A stretch of DNA of 63,744 nucleotides, the filler included, from Octopus bimaculoides (Eukaryota): the NCBI RefSeq assembly GCF_001194135.2. It is 9 parts of 8 records of this genome, joined end to end, with 100 filler letters (N's around TTAATTAATTAA, not from the genome) between each part and the next. Parts side by side here need not be neighbours in the genome. Positions count along the whole stretch, not along the records: positions 1 to 11,713 come from NC_068982.1; positions 11,814 to 22,793 come from NC_068986.1; 7 more parts are not named here. One strand, given 5' to 3'. The notes below the pieces were generated by a model. The model ran no database searches. It saw only the letters and a list, made by a program, of their open reading frames with translations, and was not told the origin of the DNA. This document shows, in pieces, positions 1 through 11,978 of this stretch. Each line of letters starts with the position of its first letter. The stretch's first letter is position 1. The position numbers and the translations under genes were made by a program.

Positions 1-245
1 GAGAGAACGAGAGTGGAAGAGAGAGACAGAGAGAACGAGAGTGGAAGAGAGAGACAGAGAGAACGAGAGTGGAAGAGAGAGACAGAGAGAACGAGAGTGA
101 AAGAGAGAGACAGAGAGAACGAGAGTGGAAGAGAGAGACAGAGAAAACGAGAGTGAAAGAGAGAGACAGAGAGAACGAGAGTGGAAGAGAGAGACAGAGA
201 GAACGAGAGTGGAAGAGAGAGACAGAGAGAACGAAAGTGAAAGAG
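1..245. repeat. 28-bp purine-rich minisatellite (GAGAGAACGAGAGTGGAAGAGAGAGACA)n, about 8-9 copies, truncated by window start
   Basis: Unit read directly; second copy starts at 29; a few variant units (GTGAAAG, GAAAACG). Confidence 0.95.
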
Positions 246-345
246 AAAGAAATAAAGAGAGAGAGGGGAATATAAGGAAAAAAACAATTTAAATATAAGG
301 ATCATGATGATAATAGTAACAACAGACGATGACGAAGACAACAAC

Positions 346-381
<36 letters not shown>

Positions 382-702
382 AAGAGAAATAGAGAGAGAA
401 ACACAAATTTGGTGGGTGAGGTGAAGATGAGCAAACCGATAGATGGAGGTTATGAAACACATTAAACAAAACAAATAGTGAGTAAAAAGGACCTGAAGAG
501 TAAAGTCGAAAGAAACTGTGATTTGTATGATTTTATTAAAAAAAAAAAAGAAAAACGTGGCCACCATCTAATCAACTGTTTTAGTCTTTGCCGTCATCAT
601 TGTAATCATAATGATCATCAATATCGCTGTCGTGGTGATACCTCTGAGTAATAAGAAATCATTGTTCCAACCTGAATACTTTCAGTGAAACAACACACAC
701 AC

Positions 703-733
<31 letters not shown>

Positions 734-978
734 TGCGCTCATGCACGCACAGACACACAGACATATTCAAATCAAGTGATCGAGTTATAAATATATATAT
801 ATGTATCTATGTATGTATCTATGTTTATACATACACACACACACACACATACATATACGATTCATTTTAACAATTTTTGAGAAAACGTACAGAAAACCAT
901 AGTAGAGTGTGAAAGTTTATTTCGGTTGATCCAGTAGCATGTTGTTATTCTGGACGAACCTAAGTAAACTGAATGTGC

Positions 979-1028
<50 letters not shown>

Positions 1029-1312
1029 GCGTGTGTTTGTGTGCGTGTGTGTGTGTCCGTGTCTGTGTGCGTGTGAGTGTGCACCTACATAGGTTTACCC
1101 CACACACATTTACAAACATAGAAACATGGCAAGTTTTACTGTATTCTCTGCAAATTGAGAAAATTGCTGGACAGTCTCAGTTGATAAACAGAAGTGTTTG
1201 TATATCACTTGAGCAATCCAGGAGAAACAAGTAGCCAATTTGATTATATACACAACATACACATAAACACGTGCACAAAAAACACCTACCAATGCAGATG
1301 CAACTAAGCTTC

Positions 1313-1356
<44 letters not shown>

Positions 1357-1367
1357 CACACATTTAA

Positions 1368-1582
1368 ACGAGGGGTACTGAAAAGTTCCTGGATTTGGGT
1401 GAAAGAAATGCAGGAGGATTAGTTAATTATGAATTTTTTCAACATATTACCCTTTCAGATTCACTGTCTTATTCCAGCGGTCCTTTAGTTTTTCTCATCC
1501 TGTAAAAGGACTCGGAAAGTTGGGACTCCAAACAGGCTTTTCGCGATACCCTTAAAACCAAGAATGTTTCAGCACCCCCTAC
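1368..1582. mobile_element. Mariner-derived MITE (~215 bp) with terminal inverted repeats
   Basis: Left end ACGAGGGGTACTGAAAAGTTCCTGG; right end reverse-complements to TGTAGGGGGTGCTGAAACATTCTTGG; the same ACGAGGGG..TGAAAAGTT terminus starts the mariner at 60975; no coding capacity. Confidence 0.8.
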
Positions 1583-1697
1583 AATATATATATATATATA
1601 TATATATATANNNNNNNNNNNNNNNNNNNNNNNNNNNNNNNNNNNNNNNNNNNNNNNNNNNNNNNNNNNNNNNNNNNNNNNNNNNNNNNNNNNNNNN

Positions 1698-1734
<37 letters not shown>

Positions 1735-2037
1735 GTTTGTGTGTGTGAGTGTGTGTTTGTGTGTGTATGTGTACATGTGTATATACATGTATGTTTGTAT
1801 ATCTGTGCGTGTGTGAAAAGAAATAGAAACAACAATTGTATATACTATGTATATATGTATATATTATCAATGTCATTACACAATAAAATCTGATTTTGGA
1901 AAGGCCATTATAATATTTCTTTGTCTTTTTTTTATAGTTTTTTTTGTTTTTTTTTTTCATCACCACATTTTTCATTTACAGGAAAAATAAACTATGAAAT
2001 ACAGAAATAAATAGAATTCACTTTTTCAAAACTAAAA

Positions 2038-4356
2038 TTAAGAAATCACTTGTGGTTCTTTTTTACCAATAACTAGATGATGTGGTAGAATATGTCTTTG
2101 AACTGTTTGCTGAGTATGATGGTGGTGTAAATGTTGTTGCTGTGGTTGGTGCTGCTGCTGCTGTTGTTGCTGTTGTTGTTGTTGTTGTTGGTTATGGTGG
2201 AGTGGGTGCCGCTGTTGTCGAAGCTGCTGCGATTGTTGTTGTTGTTGTTGCTGTTGTGTTTGCTGATGTGTCTGATGGTGCTGATGATGTAAAATTGGAA
2301 CCGGTGTAAGTGTTACTGGGGTGACCGGTGTTGACGGCGGTGAACTTAAGCTTCTTGCATCCTCTTGACTATTTTCCGAATCGCTGCAGCTGCTGCCAGC
2401 TATAGTTCTTTTACCATTTCTTGTACCATTGCTGACAGTATTTATTACACCTGTACCTCCATCTGCAGTCGTTCTGCCATTCACTCCTCCTCTTCCTCTT
2501 CCGCTTCCCGTACCACCGCTCGATAATCCGTTTCCGGAATTTGCACCATTCGTTCCACTGCCAGCACCACCAACAGCGCTAGCACCAGTACCGGTACCAG
2601 ACCCAACACTGCCGCTATTTCCCGTGGAACTGTTACTACCACTTGGACAGTTGTGGGTCTTGAGGTGTTTACTTAAATGGTCGCTTCGCATAAACCGTTT
2701 GTTGCAAACTGTACACGCAAATCGCTTCTCACCTGTGTGCGTACGCAGATGTCGTTGAAGTTCGTCAGAGCGCGTAAACCGCTTGCCACAGAACAGCCAG
2801 TTACATACAAACGGTCGCTCACCCGTGTGCCAACGCAAATGAGCCTTTAAATGTGACGTTTTGTTATAAACCTTACCACATCCGGGAACGTGGCAACTGT
2901 GTATGTTCTTTTTACGTAGCTGAGCGGCTGCCGGTCCGAGGCGTTCAGCTTCTTGACAGTTCGGACACTCACAAGTTGATCGACTAGCGTATCGGCGTTG
3001 AGATCCAGTAGATGCAGTCGTTGAACCAGTTCTCTGACTGCTCAAAGAAGATCCTGGCGTTCCGAAGCTAGGCGGCCTATTAAAAAATGTATTGACTGCA
3101 ACCTGCTGATTAACATTCAAGTGACTAAGCTCAGGATTTTGCGCATGTGTCGGTAGCATTGTCTTGCAAGAATGTTCAGGTAAATGAAAATGATGCTGTC
3201 CTGTAGGAGATGCAGCAAAAAAAGGACTCGGGTTTGATGCGGTCAGAGGATGGTGACCCAAAGTAAAATTCTCCACACCAAAGCCTCCACTTCCAACACC
3301 TACACCAACCCCGACACCTCCTCCACCACAGTTAGCAACACTATTAATATTATTTGCACCAGCGCCTCCCATATAACCAGCTGATAACTGAGAATGGAGT
3401 TGGTTACTGTTAGCGGCTGCAACGTTCGACACTTCTGAGAGCCAACTATTGGCTGCAACAGAGTGAAGTTCCCACCAGGGTGGCGATACCACAGGGTTAA
3501 CACTAGAAGGAATCTCAGCCTTGATATGATGTGTGTGATGATGGCCACCGCCTGTCATATTGAAATGCCACGTTGTCGCTGAATCATAAGGACTAGGTGC
3601 AACTGATGCCCCGACACGTGGGTGATGTGTATATATGTTACTAGTACTGTTCGTAGGTGATGTAACACCTGTACATACGTCCATAATAGTAGCGGTAGTG
3701 TGTAATTTTTGTAAACCTCCTGTACCAAGGCAAGTAGCTGTATCACCAATAATAGCACCGTTGCCACCACAGTCAGTTTGTGCATGTGCAACATTTGAAG
3801 ATGAAGTTGGTGTTGTACTGCGACAAAATATTTCCCCATTCCCATAATTACTTGCTCCACCAGTAACAGTTGGAGCTCTACTGAAGCCAGTAGACATTGC
3901 AGTAGCAGGCAGTCCGGTACCATTGTACCCATGTTGATGATTTAATGTCCCCAAGGGATTCAAAACCTGAAAAGGGAGTGGGGTGCCTGTTCCATTCATT
4001 GAACTGATACTTGTACATCCACTAATAATACCACTTCCTTCACCACTACTACTGCCGCTACTGCTACTCACACTACTATCGCCTATGCTAATTATTTCAG
4101 TTCCTCCATTTCCAACTCCTTCACCAATTCCAGTAAAATAGCTACCACTTAAGGGGCTGCTATTAAAACTGCTACTAAACCCACTTCCGTAGCCTCCGGC
4201 ACTGAAAGTTAATCCATGACTAAGATTCGTCTTCTTCCAGGGATGAAAGCTTTTTGCGATGGAGTGTTCAACCAATGGCGGTGAGTTCTTGTTGCTAAGT
4301 TTGTTACACTGTGCTGCCAGCATAGCCAAGGGTGTCGGATCAAACGAATATTGATC
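2038..4356 (-). CDS. Sp6-9: Sp6-9 (Sp8/Sp9/D-Sp1 type) zinc-finger transcription factor, main coding exon (773 codons including stop)
   Basis: Sp box [19 protein letters not shown] motif, [10 protein letters not shown] segment, buttonhead box [16 protein letters not shown], three C2H2 fingers ([25 protein letters not shown]; [25 protein letters not shown]; [23 protein letters not shown]). The track's TTG start is really the splice acceptor: polypyrimidine tract plus TTGCAG|GAT (AG at 4358-4357), phase 0. Stop TAA at 2040-2038. Confidence 0.96.
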   Translation of the reverse strand, partial: DQYSFDPTPLAMLAAQCNKLSNKNSPPLVEHSIAKSFHPWKKTNLSHGLTFSAGGYGSGFSSSFNSSPLSGSYFTGIGEGVGNGGTEIISIGDSSVSSSSGSSSGEGSGIISGCTSISSMNGTGTPLPFQVLNPLGTLNHQHGYNGTGLPATAMSTGFSRAPTVTGGASNYGNGEIFCRSTTPTSSSNVAHAQTDCGGNGAIIGDTATCLGTGGLQKLHTTATIMDVCTGVTSPTNSTSNIYTHHPRVGASVAPSPYDSATTWHFNMTGGGHHHTHHIKAEIPSSVNPVVSPPWWELHSVAANSWLSEVSNVAAANSNQLHSQLSAGYMGGAGANNINSVANCGGGGVGVGVGVGSGGFGVENFTLGHHPLTASNPSPFFAASPTGQHHFHLPEHSCKTMLPTHAQNPELSHLNVNQQVAVNTFFNRPPSFGTPGSSLSSQRTGSTTASTGSQRRYASRSTCECPNCQEAERLGPAAAQLRKKNIHSCHVPGCGKVYNKTSHLKAHLRWHTGERPFVCNWLFCGKRFTRSDELQRHLRTHTGEKRFACTVCNKRFMRSDHLSKHLKTHNCPSGSNSSTGNSGSVGSGTGTGASAVGGAGSGTNGANSGNGLSSGGTGSGRGRGGVNGRTTADGGTGVINTVSNGTRNGKRTIAGSSCSDSENSQEDARSLSSPPSTPVTPVTLTPVPILHHQHHQTHQQTQQQQQQQQSQQLRQQRHPLHHNQQQQQQQQQQQQQHQPQQQHLHHHHTQQTVQRHILPHHLVIGKKEPQVIS

Positions 4357-4790
4357 CTGCAACGAAAAAAAAGGAAAAGAAAAAGAGAAAAATTAAAACT
4401 AAATTCCAATACATTTTAAGAAAACTTATGCAAAAATGTCAACGTCTATAACAATTCACACCTGCATACCGCTCCACCCAATATATATATATATATATAN
4501 NNNNNNNNNNNNNNNNNNNNNNNNNNNNNNNNNNNNNNNNNNNNNNNNNNNNNNNNNNNNNNNNNNNNNNNNNNNNNNNNNNNNNNNNNNNNNNNNNNNN
4601 NNNNNNNNNNNNNNNNNNNNNNNNNNNNNNNNNNNNNNNNNNNNNNNNNNNNNNNNNNNNNNNNNNNNNNNNNNNNNNNNNNNNNNNNNNNNNNNNNNNN
4701 NNNNNNNNNNNNNNNNNNNNNNNNNNNNNNNNNNNNNNNNNNNNNNNNNNNNNNNNNNNNNNNNNNNTATATACAAATATATATATATAC

Positions 4791-4821
<31 letters not shown>

Positions 4822-4890
4822 CATATATACATACATATACATATATATATATACATATATGTGTGTGTGTGTGTGCATACATATACATAC

Positions 4891-5262
4891 GAATGGCTCT
4901 ATGGTAAGTAGCTTGCTTCCCAACTAGACGGTTCCGGGTTCAGTCCCACTGCGTGACACCTTGGGGAAGTGTCTTCTAATTATAGCCTCGGGCTGACCAA
5001 AGCCATATGAGTGGATTTGGTAGACGGAAACTAAAAGAAGCCCGTCGTATATATATTCATGTATTTGTGTGTCTATATTTTCCTCCCCCCATCACTTGGC
5101 AACCGATGTTGGTATGTTTATGTCCCCCGTAATATAGTGGTTCAGTAAAAGAACCGATAGAATAAGTACTAGGTTTATAAAGAATACGTCCTTTTGCAGA
5201 TTTTTTCGACTAAAGGTGTTACTCCAGCATGACCGCAGTCAAGTTACCGAAACAAGTAAAAA
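4891..5262 (+). mobile_element. tRNA-derived SINE, family A (octopus-type, internal TA/TG microsatellite)
   Basis: Pol III-like head (TGGTAAG...GGTTCAGTCCC), body TATAGCCTCGGGCyGACCAAAGCC..GGATTTGGTAGACGGAAAC, tail CCAGCATGrCCGCAGTCAA..GAAACAAGTAAAA; many copies in the window. Confidence 0.85.
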
Positions 5263-6526
5263 ATAATTTTTTAAATGTGTGTGTGTGCGTCAGTATGTGT
5301 GCTTGCGTGCGTGCGTTCCTGCTTGCGTGTGTTCGTGCGTGCATGTGTGTGTGTGGATGTGTGTGTGTGTTTGTGTGAATACTGCTTTTAAATGCATAAA
5401 AACAACAAACATTGAATAAAGGGCTCAAAACATGTATAAAGTTTGATATTAACTTAGGAACGTCTATGAAACTTTAAATAACGTCAATCAAATTGCTATT
5501 ATATGTGTTGAGAGTTTTTCTCTCAAATATAGACATAATTTATATATAGGCGTGCGTGTGTGTGTGAAAGAAAGTGTGTATGTGTGTGTCTGCAGGCAAA
5601 TACTGCGTTCATTGGTATTCATTGTCGAGCGACGGCGTTGAGACTCCTTCGTTGGTTCAGAATGAAAACCAGTTATATAATAAACCAGATAGTTGTCGAC
5701 TATAAACGGCCACAATAAAAATCAGCCGTATATTTAGTCAAAATAAATTAATGTCAAAGACATATTTGAAAAAAAACGTATGTTGTCCCCGTATATCTTG
5801 CAAATAGTTATCTTAAAATGTGGGGGGAAAAATACGACCACCATAATTAGTGTGTTGGTAATTACAAGTTACACAACGAGTGTTTAACAGCAAAATAACA
5901 ACTTACACACAAGGCATGAAACATCAAACATATTTTCATAATTATTAAAAAAATAAAGACCGTGTTTATAATAAAGATATAATAATATTTTTGAACCTTT
6001 GTATGGCGTATTTTGGGGATTATACATATACTCCTTACAAGTATATTCTTTTATCCACTAATATTTTTATTGTCACTGTTTTTTATTGTCAATTTTTTTT
6101 TTCATTATCATTATTCGAACCACAGACAAATTGTCATTTCACTTATATTGTTTTCATTTTTTTTTCTATATCTATTGTAATGTTCTACTTCTCGTGAATA
6201 TTTCTACCTCGGAATATTCTCCAATTATTTTCACCTGTATTTAATGTCTGATTTGGAATATATAAAAAAAAAACAATCTCTGCAACTTACACATATATAT
6301 ATATATATATATATATTTGTACATACATAGACGCATGTATCTGCGAGTGCGTATATATAATATATATAAATTTATATATGGATATGCATCCATGTACACA
6401 CACACACATACACACAAATATATATATGCGTATGTATGTGGTGTATGTATTATATATATACATATTTTGTTATACTTCCACAAATGAAATATAATAATAG
6501 TTCAAGATTCTCAGTTTGGCACTTAC

Positions 6527-6544
6527 CAAAGTTTTACCATGCAT
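6527..6544 (-). CDS. Candidate short first coding exon of Sp6-9 (MHGKTL)
   Basis: Minus strand ATG CAT GGT AAA ACT TTG | GTAAGT: consensus donor in phase 0, matching the phase-0 acceptor at 4356. Sp8/9 genes typically have a very short first coding exon. No homology support for the peptide. Confidence 0.25.
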
Positions 6545-7759
6545 ATATATACATAATTACATACATGTATTACTTACATATGCACACACTTCCGCGCACG
6601 TACGCACATAGAGAGAAAGAGAAAGAGAAAGAAGGAGGTAAGAGAGGCGGGAGAATGAGTGAGAAAGACAACGAGAGAGAGAGAGAATGTTATACATGAG
6701 TTGTGGATAAATTTTAATGCTTGCCTTGTAGCTTCTTACGACAAATATGATGAACGATTGTCACCGCTTTTCGTGATTTGCATATTAAGGCATTCGATGC
6801 CGACCCGTATTAATTGACTAAATATTGAGACAGCGTATTACAGCTGGTCCACGATTAGGATGCCTTAGTACTTTATATGTATATACATATATACATGTAC
6901 ACATGCATGCATACACTTATATATACAAACAAGCATGTACTTATACATGTAGATATATACCCATATGTATGAATGAATATATCTATGCGTATGCGTGTGA
7001 GAGTATGTATGTATGTATGTATGTATGTACACACACACACACACACACATACGTACATGTAAATACTGTAACCCAATGAGGCTAACAGGATCTGCATCAA
7101 ATTCATATGCTCTTGATACTGTTTGCAGCATTTTAGAAAGAAGATAAGAATGTAAGCAACAAAAATCAGGGAGAGAAATTGTAGTAGAGGGTTATAACGG
7201 GAAAGGAATATTGATTACTTTTAAGTAGATTGTCTTTTTGAAAGCGCGATCAACGACAACGATAGAAAACTTGTGAATAGCATTATCATAAAAATACCCC
7301 TGTATATCGTGTTCTTATTTGTGGTGGTAACATCTTACAAAGGACTGAATGAATGTTTGTTCCTTTTGTATTTCCTGAATTGTGTTGTCCGTTGGCGGGC
7401 AGAAATGCTGCCCACGTTGATCGATCAGTTGTGGATCTCCACAGAGCCCTGCTCTTCAGTGTACCTTCTACACTCATTCCTTCACCTTCCACCTGCTTAT
7501 CCTTGTATTGGATGCCTCAATCCTCTGCTACCTCTGATTTCCAATTTCTTCTTTTTTTCATAACCGTTACGACATTTGCCATGTCGCATTTTATCTCTTT
7601 CAAAAGGGACGCGAATTTTGAAAAACCTTTCAGTTGGAAGCTCCTTTTCTACCACCTACACCAAACCATGCAATTTCAAATACTTTCTCCACATATGAAA
7701 CAGTTATCTCCACAACAATAACACCTCAATAATTTCCGTCACAGAACCACAGTACCAAA

Positions 7760-7905
7760 TCACTTAAAATGTTAGTCGTACGTTGTATACACCACATCAT
7801 AGGAACACTACATAGAATACTCTACTTTGGTGAAATAGACCGTGGCCTGGGCGATAACTTCGACAAGTTTTTCATAGCAGTTTCCAACACAATCGAGATC
7901 AATCG
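7760..7905 (+). mobile_element. Degenerate Penelope-like GIY-YIG endonuclease remnant
   Basis: Translation LVVRCIHHIIGTLHRILYFGEIDRGLGDNFDKFFIAV resembles the PLE pattern NVIYCI..C..LYIGETGRRLGDRF.EH. Confidence 0.4.
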
Positions 7906-7910
7906 ACTAT

Positions 7911-7973
<63 letters not shown>

Positions 7974-7977
<4 letters not shown>

Positions 7978-8179
7978 ACACAGGTAGAGAAATTAAGGCC
8001 AATAGACCAGATATAGTTGTCAAAGATCATGAAGAAAAAAAATGCTTTCTAATTGATGTATCAATACCAGCAGATGACAACGTTTCCCTAAAAGAAATGG
8101 AAAAACTTTCAAAATACAAAGACCTGGAAATAGAGGTAACTCGAATGTGAAATCTAAAAACAGAAACAATTCTTATCAT
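7974..8179 (+). mobile_element. R4/Dong-clade non-LTR retrotransposon, restriction-like endonuclease fragment (one in-frame stop)
   Basis: IHTGREIKANRPDIVVKDHEEKKCFLIDVSIPADDNVSLKEMEKLSKYKDLEIEVTRM*NLK carries the RPD..D..K..KY RLE motif; starts directly after (AAT)n at 7913-7976. Confidence 0.85.
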
Positions 8180-9010
8180 NNNNNNNNNNNNNNNNNNNNN
8201 NNNNNNNNNNNNNNNNNNNNNNNNNNNNNNNNNNNNNNNNNNNNNNNNNNNNNNNNNNNNNNNNNNNNNNNNNNNNNNNNNNNNNNNNNNNNNNNNNNNN
8301 NNNNNNNNNNNNNNNNNNNNNNNNNNNNNNNNNNNNNNNNNNNNNNNNNNNNNNNNNNNNNNNNNNNNNNNNNNNNNNNNNNNNNNNNNNNNNNNNNNNN
8401 NNNNNNNNNNNNNNNNNNNNNNNNNNNNNNNNNNNNNNNNNNNNNNNNNNNNNNNNNNNNNNNNNNNNNNNNNNNNNNNNNNNNNNNNNNNNNNNNNNNN
8501 NNNNNNNNNNNNNNNNNNNNNNNNNNNNNNNNNNNNNNNNNNNNNNNNNNNNNNNNNNNNNNNNNNNNNNNNNNNNNNNNNNNNNNNNNNNNNNNNNNNN
8601 NNNNNNNNNNNNNNNNNNNNNNNNNNNNNNNNNNNNNNNNNNNNNNNNNNNNNNNNNNNNNNNNNNNNNNNNNNNNNNNNNNNNNNNNNNNNNNNNNNNN
8701 NNNNNNNNNNNNNNNNNNNNNNNNNNNNNNNNNNNNNNNNNNNNNNNNNNNNNNNNNNNNNNNNNNNNNNNNNNNNNNNNNNNNNNNNNNNNNNNNNNNN
8801 NNNNNNNNNNNNNNNNNNNNNNNNNNNNNNNNNNNNNNNNNNNNNNNNNNNNNNNNNNNNNNNNNNNNNNNNNNNNNNNNNNNNNNNNNNNNNNNNNNNN
8901 NNNNNNNNNNNNNNNNNNNNNNNNNNNNNNNNNNNNNNNNNNNNNNNNNNNNNNNNNNNNNNNNNNNNNNNNTGTATGTATGTATGTATGTATGTATGTA
9001 TGGATGTATG

Positions 9011-9041
<31 letters not shown>

Positions 9042-9175
9042 GCACAGAGTTGTGATTATGAAGCTATAAGCAAAGTAAATATCTGAACCTCTATCTATCT
9101 ATCTATCTATCTGAAACAAGTACAAGAATGAAAAAATGCATACATACATACATACATACCTATGTACACATATAT

Positions 9176-9207
<32 letters not shown>

Positions 9208-9661
9208 GCACACCTATATATGTATATGCATGAAAAATACACATCACTGTGACGAATGATCAAAATCCTGGAAATTCCTAATCAATAAACGTGCTATTGA
9301 AAGATCTATTACTGTATAATTTTCATCCGTAGCTTAAAGATATTTAGCATCAATAATTTGGTTTTTGTTTATCATTTTTAATTTTATGCGAATGAATTAT
9401 AACTTGATCACTTATTGTTCCCAATAGACATTCAATTCAAGTTTCCTTTGTATCTTAGTACAAAGTTCCGATATTAATGTGTCTCAGGTATGTGGTACGA
9501 TGAATGTGTGTGTGTGTCTGTCTGTGTCTGCGCGCGCACGTATATACGTGCATGTGCGCGCGAGTGAGCGTGTTCATATACGTATGAAGTAATTATTTAT
9601 AAACGCGTATATATTATACTTTTATAACTTTATTTATTCGATATAGAAAAAATGTAGCTTG

Positions 9662-9713
<52 letters not shown>

Positions 9714-11252
9714 ATATATATATATATATATTGTATATGCATATCTATATATGTGTGTGTATACCCTATACTTATATATTCATACTTACATGCATGTATG
9801 CACACGTGCATACATACATACACACAAGTACGTACATACCGATATGTGCATGAGTATGTCTGCATCTATGNNNNNNNNNNNNNNNNNNNNNNNNNNNNNN
9901 NNNNNNNNNNNNNNNNNNNNNNNNNNNNNNNNNNNNNNNNNNNNNNNNNNNNNNNNNNNNNNNNNNNNNNNNNNNNNNNNNNNNNNNNNNNNNNNNNNNN
10001 NNNNNNNNNNNNNNNNNNNNNNNNNNNNNNNNNNNNNNNNNNNNNNNNNNNNNNNNNNNNNNNNNNNNNNNNNNNNNNNNNNNNNNNNNNNNNNNNNNNN
10101 NNNNNNNNNNNNNNNNNNNNNNNNNNNNNNNNNNNNNNNNNNNNNNNNNNNNNNNNNNNNNNNNNNNNNNNNNNNNNNNNNNNNNNNNNNNNNNNNNNNN
10201 NNNNNNNNNNNNNNNNNNNNNNNNNNNNNNNNNNNNNNNNNNNNNNNNNNNNNNNNNNNNNNNNNNNNNNNNNNNNNNNNNNNNNNNNNNNNNNNNNNNN
10301 NNNNNNNNNNNNNNNNNNNNNNNNNNNNNNNNNNNNNNNNNNNNNNNNNNNNNNNNNNNNNNNNNNNNNNNNNNNNNNNNNNNNNNNNNNNNNNNNNNNN
10401 NNNNNNNNNNNNNNNNNNNNNNNNNNNNNNNNNNNNNNNNNNNNNNNNNNNNNNNNNNNNNNNNNNNNNNNNNNNNNNNNNNNNNNNNNNNNNNNNNNNN
10501 NNNNNNNNNNNNNNNNNTGTGTGGGTATGTGTTTGTATGTGTATTAGCTAGGTCGTAGAATCTCCTTTTCGTTTTAATATTTCCTCAATCTTGCACATGG
10601 CTCCGCCTTCTACCTGGAAGCATTTCCGTCTGAACAGAAAGCACACTGACATCTACCCTCCAGGTTGCAATAGCTAAAAGATTTCTTTTTATTTCTTCAT
10701 TTATCGCTCGAAATGTTGATATTTTATTTATTTTTATAGAATTTGTTTCCAGTCTTATTTATTTCTTTTATTATTTTTTTTTTTGTTTTAAGCTTTACAT
10801 AATTTAAAATTAACTGATGAAGAAATATACGTTGATGAAGATGGAACCAATGAAATTGAAGGAGTTAAGAATTAGAAGAACTACCACTACTATTACTTAG
10901 TACTACTATCCTTAATATTCTTAGTAGTATTACTATTCCAAAGATTGGTAGTATTAGTAGAATTAGTAGGTGGGGAGAAGAAAGAGTAAGAAGCGACCGT
11001 CGAAGAGAAAAGTGACAGATGTGCAGAAAAGTTTATAAGCTGATTTAAAGTTCGAGAGAAATGACAAGAGTAAGAAATGAACAGATCGCAGACGATAATG
11101 ATAAATATACGTACACTCACTCACAAAGCACACACATCCCTCCTGTATATATTCAATATATATATGTGGGGGTAGTGCGTGCATGTGCGTGTGCGTTTGT
11201 ATGTGTATGTATATATACATACACACACACACATACACACACAAACACACAT

Positions 11253-11311
<59 letters not shown>

Positions 11312-11380
11312 CATTCGCCATGATAGATCGCTAGCCACAACACCTTTTTCAATTTTCTCTCCCTGTTTATTTCTGTGTTC

Positions 11381-11416
11381 CTTTCTGTCGAAGAGCGTAG
11401 GCTCGAAACGTAAAAG
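11381..11416 (+). ncRNA. Degenerate minimal hammerhead-like motif within a dispersed repeat (about 11345-11480)
   Basis: CTTT - CTGTCGA - A - GAGC gtag GCTC - GAAA - CGTA - AAAG; stems I and II intact, core A6 replaced by T. Confidence 0.45.
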
Positions 11417-11674
11417 ACTTTCTCACTTCCCGATCATTAAACTAATACATCTGTTTGTTGTTTACACACCCGTCTTCGTCTTTTATTTTTTTGTAAATTC
11501 TCACTATATATATGTATGTATAAGATTTGCTCGACTTAGGCGGTGCTCCAGCATGGCTGCAGTCAAATGACTGAAAGAAATAAAAGAATACATATATAAA
11601 TATATATATATATGAATATACACACACACGTACATATATATGTATGAATATACATACATATATATGTATGTATG

Positions 11675-11713
<39 letters not shown>

Positions 11714-11757
11714 NNNNNNNNNNNNNNNNNNNNNNNNNNNNNNNNNNNNNNNNNNNN

Positions 11758-11769
11758 TTAATTAATTAA
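11758..11769. other. Artificial gap linker TTAATTAATTAA inside a 100-bp N block; also at 22838, 30644, 43367, 50212, 57106, 59992 and 62287
   Basis: Identical 12-mer flanked by N runs on both sides (44 N each where counted), eight times; it puts stop codons in all six frames. Confidence 0.93.
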
Positions 11770-11813
11770 NNNNNNNNNNNNNNNNNNNNNNNNNNNNNNN
11801 NNNNNNNNNNNNN

Positions 11814-11886
<73 letters not shown>

Positions 11887-11887
11887 C

Positions 11888-11978
11888 AGGCGTGGCTGTG
11901 TGGTAAGAAGGTTGCTTCTCAACCACATGGTTTTGGGTTCAGTCCCACTGCATGACACCTTGGGTAAGTGGCTTCTAT
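11888..11978 (+). mobile_element. SINE family A, 5' head fragment (a 3' fragment lies at 11524-11589)
   Basis: GGCGTGGCTGTGTGGTAAGAAGGTTGCTTCTCAACCACATGG...GGTTCAGTCCCACTGC matches the 4891 head. Confidence 0.8.

Noticed and set aside
1-245. Regular 28-bp repeats as a CRISPR array, and the 68-aa ORF 69-275
   Set aside because: Head-to-tail units with no unique spacers, no cas genes, eukaryotic context; the ORF is only the translated minisatellite.
2082-3932. Overlapping ORFs within the Sp6-9 exon (2082-2309, 2429-2758, 3300-3548, 3555-3932, 3635-3847)
   Set aside because: Antisense or off-frame shadows of a biased-codon, low-complexity real CDS.
4357-4362. TTG start codon assigned to the 774-aa ORF
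   Set aside because: It is part of the intron acceptor TTGCAG preceded by a long polypyrimidine tract.
10601-10623. ATGCTTCCAG|GTAGAA on the minus strand as Sp6-9 exon 1
   Set aside because: Phase 1, incompatible with the phase-0 acceptor at 4356.
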